Positions 52,424-59,089 of a DNA stretch of 59,089 bases are shown piece by piece. Source of the DNA: an uncultured SAR86 cluster bacterium (GTDB taxonomy: Bacteria; Pseudomonadota; Gammaproteobacteria; Magnimaribacterales; D2472); NCBI GenBank assembly GCA_902514105.1, contig CABXPU010000004.1, forward strand, positions 1-59,089. The letters run 5' to 3'. The notes beneath the pieces were generated by a model. It was not told the DNA's origin and did not search any database. It saw nothing but the letters and a program-made list of their open reading frames with translations. The position numbers and the translations under genes were made by a program. Position 1 is the first letter of the stretch. Each line of letters begins with the position of its first letter.

Positions 52424-53209
52424 TTATTCAATTTCATTTAACGGCATTGCAGCAGTATTAAAACCTGCATCAACATAAGTGATTTCTCCTGTAATACCAC
52501 TGGCATAATCAGAGCATAAGAAAGCAGCTGCATTTCCAACTTCTTCAGTCGTAACGGTTCTTCCTAATGGAGCTCTTGAGGAGTGTTGAGTTAACATTTT
52601 ACGAAAGTTTTTTACTCCAGAAGCTGCTAAAGTTTTAATAGGTCCAGCAGATATAGCATTGACCCTAATATTATCTTTACCTAACGATGCAGCTAGAAAT
52701 CTTGTATTAGCTTCTAAACTTGCCTTGGCTAAACCCATTACATTGTAGTTTGGGAGAGTTTGTATAGCTCCAAGATAAGTAAGGGTTAAAAGGGCAGCCC
52801 CATCATTAAGCATAGGTTTCGCTGATTTCGCCAAAGCAGTAAAACTATAAGAGCTAATATCATGAGCTATTTTAAATCCTTCTCTAGTAGTAACATCAAC
52901 AAAATCACCTTCAAGCTGATCAGCGGGAGCAAAGCCTATCGAATGAACCAATCCATCAAATTTTGGCCATGATTTTTTTAATTCTTTAAATGAATTTTCT
53001 ATTGATTCATCAGAACTGACATCGCTTTCTATTAATATGTCTACATTTAAATCTTCAGCTATAGGCTTTAAATTTTTTAAAAGTCTCTCGTTTTGATAGG
53101 TAAATGCTAATTCAGCACCTTCTCTATGCATAGCATGAGCGATTCCAGCAGCTATTGAATACTTATTTGCAAGACCGGATATTAGGATTTTTTTACCTTT
53201 TAATAACAT
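52424..53209 (-). CDS. fabI: Enoyl-ACP reductase
   Basis: [36 protein letters not shown]. Confidence 0.97.
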   Translation of the reverse strand: MLLKGKKILISGLANKYSIAAGIAHAMHREGAELAFTYQNERLLKNLKPIAEDLNVDILIESDVSSDESIENSFKELKKSWPKFDGLVHSIGFAPADQLEGDFVDVTTREGFKIAHDISSYSFTALAKSAKPMLNDGAALLTLTYLGAIQTLPNYNVMGLAKASLEANTRFLAASLGKDNIRVNAISAGPIKTLAASGVKNFRKMLTQHSSRAPLGRTVTTEEVGNAAAFLCSDYASGITGEITYVDAGFNTAAMPLNEIE

Positions 53210-53460
53210 ATTTTAAAACCTTCTTAGTTTAATAATTACATTTAAATGTCGTATCTATAATACTCGATATAATCTTATTTAGTAATATCAAAATTTATAA
53301 CCATATTTTTACCTTTAATGCTTGCAATTAAAGCATTTTTTTGATGATTTATTTTGGTCATATAATTTGTATTTATAGCATTTATAGTGTCTAATTCTCT
53401 ACAAGTGGGTGTTTTTCCAATGGATTAACACGTTTTTTAAAAAATAAGGGGATACAAATA

Positions 53461-56322
53461 ATGAATAAATTATTAAATCTAAAAGGTTTACTAGCTGCTT
53501 CATTGATTTTCTTTGTTTCATTTTCAAACGCTGAAGATGCAACATCAGGAACTCTAGAAGCTATTGTAGTAGACCAATCCGGTACGGCTATTGCTGGGGC
53601 CTCTGTTTCTGTTGAATCATCTGATACAGGTGTAACAAGAAGCGGAACTTCTGGCGCAGATGGATCTATAAGATTCCCGCTGTTAGCTATCGGGTCGTAT
53701 GATGTTGATGTTTCCGCTAGTGGATATAGTTCAATTGCAGATAATATTGCAGTTAGACTAGGAAACTCGGATTATCAATTTGTCCTTGAAAGCGCTTCAG
53801 GTTCTATGGAAGAAATTCTTACAACTGCTGGTGCAATTCAAGCGATTGATTTTGACTCAACAACTACTGGTATTTCAATTGATGTAGATGAATTAATCGC
53901 AAATACACCAATTAATAGATCTCTAACTAGTTTGGTGCTTTTAGCTCCAGGTACTTCAGCTGGTGATTCAGCTTTTGGAAGCCTTGCTTCTATTAGTGGT
54001 TCATCTGTTGCTGAAAACGTATATCTAGTTAATGGTCTTAATATTACCAACTTCAGAAATTTCACAGGTTCATCAAGTGTTCCTTTTGAATTTTATGATG
54101 TAGTTGAAGTTAAAACAGGTGGTTACCAAGCTGAATTTGGTAAAGCTATTGGTGGTGTGGTTAACGCAGTTACTAAGAGTGGAACAAATGATTGGCATGC
54201 TGGCGTTAATGTTAGCTATTATCCAGATAGTTTCTATCATGATAAGCCAAATACTTATACTCAGCTTAATGATCTAGATACTAGAGACTATATGGAATAT
54301 AACGTTTCAGTTAGTGGTCCTATCATTCCTGATAGAGCTTTCTTCTATATTCTAGCTAACCCAGTTGATAATGAAACTTCTAACACAAACGTTTCTGGAA
54401 CAAGATACGATGCTAGCTTAAAAGATGATTTCTTTGGAGCTAAGTTAGACTTCTATATCACAGATGACATTCATTTAGAATATACATATTTTAATGATGA
54501 TTCTGTTGGTACAACTTTATCATATAGCACTGCTGATGGTTCTCAAATCGGTACAGCTTATGACAACGTTGGTGGAGACAATGAAATATGGAAACTATCT
54601 GCAGTTTTAACTGACAGATTAACTGCTGCAGTTACTATGGGTACTAATGAGTACGAAAGAACTGCTTCAGGTACAGGTGATGCATGTCCATGGGTTTGGT
54701 GGCCTTATCCAACAAACAGACCTGGTTGTGCAACTAGTGGAATTGTTTCATCAGGAACTGACGAAAGAGAAATCTTTAAATTTGATGTAGATTACTATAT
54801 TGGTAAGCACCATTTCAGATTTGGTATTGAGAATGAAGACTTAACAGCTTCTGATCAATCTAACTATTCTGGTGATGTTTATTACCGTGGTTATGATGAT
54901 GACGGCGACGGCACTATTGAAGCTGGCGAAACTGTTAGAATCAGAATCTACAGAAGTGGTGGTACTTTCGATGTCACTCAAGAAGCTTTCTATATGCAAG
55001 ATAGTTGGGATGTAAGTGATAAGTTAAATCTAAACCTTGGATTTAGAAGATCAACATTTGACAACAAAAATGCAGCTGGTCAGACTTTTGTTAAGACAGA
55101 AGATCAAGACGCGCTTAGAATTGGTGCTACTTACGATATCGTAGGTGACGGTTCTAAGAAATTGTACTACTCATTTGGTGAATACTATCTACCTATAGCA
55201 GCTAATACTAATATTAGAATGGCTGGTGGTGAATTCTATTCATACCAATTCTGTGAGTGGGATGGAACTAATGGTGGCGGAAGCTTTACTGAAGTTGGTG
55301 TAACTAATTGTGGTGATATTGGCTACTATGCAGACGGTTCTGTGCCTGACACAAGAAGTTTAACTGATACAAATCTTAAGCCTATGTATGGTGAAGAAAC
55401 TATTATTGGTTATTCACAAGTTCTTGAAGGCGGTACATTTGATGGATGGGACTTTAATGCATACTATGTTCAAAGAGAGCTAGCAACAACTATTGAAGAT
55501 GTTGCGATTGATGCTGCTGTGAACGCTTGGTGTGCTGCTGGTAACGGTTATGCAACAGGTTGTGCAGCCTTTACTGGATTCCATCAGTATGTTGTAACTA
55601 ACCCTGGTAATGATATGAATGTATATCTTCCAGAGTTTGATCAATATGTAGATCTTTCTGCAGCTGATCTTAACTACCCAAAACCAATTCGTGAATACGA
55701 TGGTTTCACTCTTGAGCTTGAAAGAGCATGGGACGGTGACTGGGCATTAAGACTTGCTTATACTAATTCTGATACAGTTGGTAACTATGAAGGAACTGTT
55801 AAATCTGATAACGGTCAAGACGATGCGGGTATTACCCAAGACTTTGACCAGCCTGGTTTAACTGACGGTAGTTACGGTAAACTTCCAAATCACAGAAAAC
55901 ATATATTTAAAGCTAATGGTTCAAAAATGTTAGCTAATAATCTTGTTGGTGGTTTGAATATGTCTGTAACTTCACCTAGATACTTTGGTTGTATCGGTGA
56001 GCATCCAACTGATGTTTATGCAGCAGCTTATGGTGCTTCTTCATGGTACTGTAATGGTGTATTAACTTCTAGAGGATCTATTTCTCAGAGTGCATGGGTC
56101 ATCCAATTGGATGCACTTCTTGCTTGGAATCCACCAGTTGCTAACGGTGATCTAACTCTAAGAATGGATGTATTTAACCTTCTGGATTTAGACGCTATTA
56201 CTGATATCAATGAGTATGGTGAAGATGGTGGTGGAGTAGGTTCTATGGATACTAATTATCTTAGACCAACTAACTATCAGACTGCTAGAAGAATTAGATT
56301 TGGAGCTTCTTGGAGGTTCTAA
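53461..56322 (+). CDS. TonB-dependent receptor, Oar-like, with N-terminal carboxypeptidase-regulatory-like domain
   Basis: Signal peptide, VVDQSG..IAGASV, LAPG, EVKTGGYQAEFG..IGGVVNAVTKSGTN, terminal WRF. Confidence 0.93.
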   Translation: MNKLLNLKGLLAASLIFFVSFSNAEDATSGTLEAIVVDQSGTAIAGASVSVESSDTGVTRSGTSGADGSIRFPLLAIGSYDVDVSASGYSSIADNIAVRLGNSDYQFVLESASGSMEEILTTAGAIQAIDFDSTTTGISIDVDELIANTPINRSLTSLVLLAPGTSAGDSAFGSLASISGSSVAENVYLVNGLNITNFRNFTGSSSVPFEFYDVVEVKTGGYQAEFGKAIGGVVNAVTKSGTNDWHAGVNVSYYPDSFYHDKPNTYTQLNDLDTRDYMEYNVSVSGPIIPDRAFFYILANPVDNETSNTNVSGTRYDASLKDDFFGAKLDFYITDDIHLEYTYFNDDSVGTTLSYSTADGSQIGTAYDNVGGDNEIWKLSAVLTDRLTAAVTMGTNEYERTASGTGDACPWVWWPYPTNRPGCATSGIVSSGTDEREIFKFDVDYYIGKHHFRFGIENEDLTASDQSNYSGDVYYRGYDDDGDGTIEAGETVRIRIYRSGGTFDVTQEAFYMQDSWDVSDKLNLNLGFRRSTFDNKNAAGQTFVKTEDQDALRIGATYDIVGDGSKKLYYSFGEYYLPIAANTNIRMAGGEFYSYQFCEWDGTNGGGSFTEVGVTNCGDIGYYADGSVPDTRSLTDTNLKPMYGEETIIGYSQVLEGGTFDGWDFNAYYVQRELATTIEDVAIDAAVNAWCAAGNGYATGCAAFTGFHQYVVTNPGNDMNVYLPEFDQYVDLSAADLNYPKPIREYDGFTLELERAWDGDWALRLAYTNSDTVGNYEGTVKSDNGQDDAGITQDFDQPGLTDGSYGKLPNHRKHIFKANGSKMLANNLVGGLNMSVTSPRYFGCIGEHPTDVYAAAYGASSWYCNGVLTSRGSISQSAWVIQLDALLAWNPPVANGDLTLRMDVFNLLDLDAITDINEYGEDGGGVGSMDTNYLRPTNYQTARRIRFGASWRF

Positions 56323-56339
56323 GTTTTAATTAACTTGTT

Positions 56340-56369
56340 AAAGGGGTGCTTTTGCACCCCTTTTTTTTT
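56340..56369. terminator. Terminator between the TBDR and the convergent tauD-like gene
   Basis: AAAGGGGTGC-TTTT-GCACCCCTTTTTTTTT. Confidence 0.9.
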
Positions 56370-56370
56370 G

Positions 56371-57222
56371 CTAGATTTTTAAAGGAGTTTCACCAGCTAA
56401 CGTTATTCTGTGCATCAATCTCTCATGGCCATCATAACCACCTTCAGCCATATGCATAACACTTCTGTTGTCCCACATAATTAACATATTAGGTTTCCAT
56501 GAATGGCGGTAAATATATTTATCTTGCAACATATGCTCAAACAATTCTGAAAGTAAATTAAAAGCATCGACTTCACTCATGCCTTCAACACCAATTGTAT
56601 AAACGGGATTTATAAAAAGTGATTTTCTTTTAGTATCTTTATGAACTCTGACTAATGGATGAAGGTAGGCTTCATTAGCCTTGTTTGAAGGTTTTATTTT
56701 TAAAGTTCGTTTTTCATTTTCTAATGCATAAAATCCATCTTTAGCATAGGGAAGTTTTGCACTGTGAAACGCATTTAAACCCTTAACCTTTTCTTTAAGC
56801 TCTAATGAAAGTTCATCATATGCTAAGGCAGTATTTGCAAAGAGGGTATCTCCTCCAACCGGGGGAACTATCTTTGAATGCAGCATCGTGGCTGAAGGTG
56901 GTGACTCTTGAAAAGACCAATCAGAATGCCAAGTGCCTCCAAAGGGTGAAGAAGTTTCATTAGCTTTTCTTCTTAGTTCCACTATATGTGGTTGTGATTT
57001 CATTGTTCCTATATAAGGCTCACTCCCATACGAACCAAATTGTTTAGCAAAATCTGCATAAGAATTATGATCTAACTTTTGGTTGGGGAAAATAGCTACG
57101 TAATTATTAACCCATAAATTATGAATTTCATTTATAACATCATTATTTAAAGGTTCTGATAAATCTACGCCTGTGATTACAACGCCAATATTTGATGAAG
57201 ATTTAGAAGTCTTAAATTCCAT
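56371..57222 (-). CDS. TauD/TfdA-family Fe(II)/2-oxoglutarate dioxygenase
   Basis: WHSD (HxD), GGDTLFA, HPLVRVH, WDNR..MH, R.MHR. Confidence 0.92.
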   Translation of the reverse strand: MEFKTSKSSSNIGVVITGVDLSEPLNNDVINEIHNLWVNNYVAIFPNQKLDHNSYADFAKQFGSYGSEPYIGTMKSQPHIVELRRKANETSSPFGGTWHSDWSFQESPPSATMLHSKIVPPVGGDTLFANTALAYDELSLELKEKVKGLNAFHSAKLPYAKDGFYALENEKRTLKIKPSNKANEAYLHPLVRVHKDTKRKSLFINPVYTIGVEGMSEVDAFNLLSELFEHMLQDKYIYRHSWKPNMLIMWDNRSVMHMAEGGYDGHERLMHRITLAGETPLKI

Positions 57223-57285
57223 ACGATTAAATATAGCAAATAATATTCATTACGAACAATGCTGTTATATAATTCTCACTCTTTT

Positions 57286-57361
57286 GGGGTTATAGCTCAG
57301 CTGGGAGAGCGCTTGCGTGGCACGCAAGAGGTCGGCGGTTCGAACCCGCCTAGCTCCACCA
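57286..57361 (+). tRNA. tRNA-Ala(GGC)
   Basis: G3:U70 pair; CTTGC-GTGGCAC-GCAAG; CCA; TATAAT upstream. Confidence 0.96.
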
Positions 57362-57409
57362 ATCATTTATTGGGTGATGTTTTCAGATTTTTTAATATAA
57401 TAGATAGCT

Positions 57410-59089
57410 ATGTTTAGAAATAAAATATTTTCAGCCGCTCTAGTAATAATCCTTTTATCAGGGTGCGGTGGCGGTGGAGGAGGAGGGAGTACTACTCCAA
57501 CTGAACCAACTCCAACTGCAAGCCTTTCCTCTTCATCATCTTCAGTTTTATTAGACTCAATTGTTACTTTAACTTGGTCATCTACCAATGCTACATCTTG
57601 TTCTGCTTCTGGAGCTTGGACTGGTAGTAAAGGTACAAGTGGTTCTGAGGATGTAACTATTGCAACTCCAGGCAATAATCAATTTACTATTACGTGTTCA
57701 GGAGCTGGTGGTTCACAAGCAACTTCTGTTACTGTTGAGGGTTATAGAAACACCGATGGTGTTTCGGTAGATGGCTATATTCGTCAAGCTGAAATCTTTA
57801 TTGATATCAATGATTCTTATACTGCTGATTCGGGTGAAGATACAACAACTTCGGATAATGATGGAAAATTTACCATCAAATACTCTGATGGAAATTTGAT
57901 TAGTTTAGGTGGAACCGATCTTGACTCTGGGAATGCCTTAGATAATCTTTTAATTGTTCATAAGCTGACTGGTCATTCAAATTTTAAAGCGGTTACCCCT
58001 GTAACTTCAGTTGCTGCCTTTATGGTAGATTCATCTTTAGTCAATGCAGCACTTGGAATTGATGATTCGCTTGATATTGCTACTGTTGATCCTGTTGCCG
58101 GCAAAGGTGATGGTGGAATCAATGATTATCTTTATGAGAAAGGTAGTCAGCTCACAGTCTTAGCTTATGCATTACAAAATATTACCAATAACCTAAATAC
58201 CACAACCGAAACCACCCAAGATTACTTTAAAGCTATAGCTGAAGAAACAGATACAGAATATGCAGCAACTACTCTCAAGGTAGATATTGAAACTGAAGCT
58301 TTTATAACCAAAGTTATTGATAACATTATTACTGCTAAGGCTTTAACTGTAGCTGAAGAGGCAAGAGTAAATCTTATCTCAGCATTATCTTCAGTGATGC
58401 CAGTTATTGAGGTTAAATCCTCAGATACACTTTCTACTGCAGTTTTTGATTTTGCAACCAGTACCTTGCAAACAGATGCACAAGCATTAGCTAACGGAAC
58501 AGCAACTGCAGAAATTATTTCAAGCTATCAATCAGATGTTCTTAACTATATAGCAACCGATCAGGATGTAGATGCTGATGAGCTAGCTCCTGACATAACT
58601 GCTATAGCAGATGAAGCCAGCCTTGATGAAGATGAAAGCGTTGATATTAATCCACTTTCTAATGATTCATATTTAACATCAGCGCCTATTAGTGTTGTCG
58701 CAGCCAATGGTGCTAGCGGAGTAACATCAGTTTCAAATAATATAGTCACTTATTCACCTGATGCTGATTTTAATGGTTCTGATGCCTTTGATTACACCAT
58801 TACCCAAGGCGACAAAACCTCATCGGCTAATGTTACTGTCACGGTTAACGCAGTAAATGATGCACCCACTTTTGATAATCTACTTTCAACTTATAGTGTT
58901 TCTGAAAATCAAACTGCCATTACTACTGTTGCTGGCTCTGATGTAGATGAAGATGCTTTAACAATTGCCTTAAGTGGAACAGATGCAGCAAGTTTTAATC
59001 TTTCTAGTTCAAATGTTTTAACTTTTGTCGAAGCACCTGATTATGAAACTAAAAATAGTTATGCAATAACTTTATCTGTTAGCGATGCA
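57410..59089 (+). CDS. Large surface lipoprotein/adhesin with Ig-like, Big_9/tandem-95-like and cadherin-like repeats (3' end outside window)
   Basis: Manual translation: MFRNKIFSAALVIILLSGC-GGGGGGG lipobox; TLTWSSTNATSCSASGAW; VDGYI; TYSPDADFNGSDAFDYTI...VTVTVNAVNDAP; APDYETK. Open to the window end. Confidence 0.88.
   Translation, partial: MFRNKIFSAALVIILLSGCGGGGGGGSTTPTEPTPTASLSSSSSSVLLDSIVTLTWSSTNATSCSASGAWTGSKGTSGSEDVTIATPGNNQFTITCSGAGGSQATSVTVEGYRNTDGVSVDGYIRQAEIFIDINDSYTADSGEDTTTSDNDGKFTIKYSDGNLISLGGTDLDSGNALDNLLIVHKLTGHSNFKAVTPVTSVAAFMVDSSLVNAALGIDDSLDIATVDPVAGKGDGGINDYLYEKGSQLTVLAYALQNITNNLNTTTETTQDYFKAIAEETDTEYAATTLKVDIETEAFITKVIDNIITAKALTVAEEARVNLISALSSVMPVIEVKSSDTLSTAVFDFATSTLQTDAQALANGTATAEIISSYQSDVLNYIATDQDVDADELAPDITAIADEASLDEDESVDINPLSNDSYLTSAPISVVAANGASGVTSVSNNIVTYSPDADFNGSDAFDYTITQGDKTSSANVTVTVNAVNDAPTFDNLLSTYSVSENQTAITTVAGSDVDEDALTIALSGTDAASFNLSSSNVLTFVEAPDYETKNSYAITLSVSDA

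Noticed and set aside
53210-53460. Riboswitch or sRNA in the 250-bp region upstream of the second TBDR
   Set aside because: Only short AT-rich stems; no cobalamin, TPP or other recognisable aptamer core.
53461-56322. Higher GC and different codon usage in the TBDR genes as a sign of horizontal transfer
   Set aside because: Preference for AAC/TTC/TAC/GGT/GCT resembles hupB and fits high expression and Gly/Ala-rich composition; no mobility signatures.
57367-57675. Proline-rich 102-aa minus-strand ORF
   Set aside because: Antisense shadow of the Gly-rich linker of the plus-strand lipoprotein.

Overview
AT-rich, tightly packed chromosome segment of a streamlined marine gammaproteobacterium. The gene content and order look SAR86-like, but that is an inference, not a marker-based assignment. 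Most of the window is core genes: recX-dnaX-recR-dcd, purMN, xseA, htpG, folD, trhO, tig-clpP-clpX-lon-hupB-ppiD, oppABC, mltD-gloB/rnhA-dnaQ-gltX, fabI and six tRNAs. The right end holds two TonB-dependent receptors, a GGT-fold enzyme, an M20 amidohydrolase, a thiolase-like protein, a TauD-family dioxygenase and the start of a large adhesin-like lipoprotein after tRNA-Ala. No CRISPR array, integrase, transposase or phage gene was seen. The most notable observations are: (1) an XRE-regulated operon with a perfect sigma70 promoter covered by two tandem 18-bp operators, encoding two uncalled single-TM micropeptides, a membrane protein and the protease SppA; (2) a GGT homologue that has lost the residues binding the glutamate alpha-amino group, so it is probably an acylase of different specificity; (3) an hda gene broken by an internal deletion of about 60 codons; (4) an A10 slippage run in dnaX; (5) a sigma32 promoter plus three-hairpin ROSE-like thermometer before hsp20; (6) many apparently leaderless genes; (7) a glutamate dehydrogenase with an animal-type antenna; (8) a G32-C38 tRNA-Ala(GGC).
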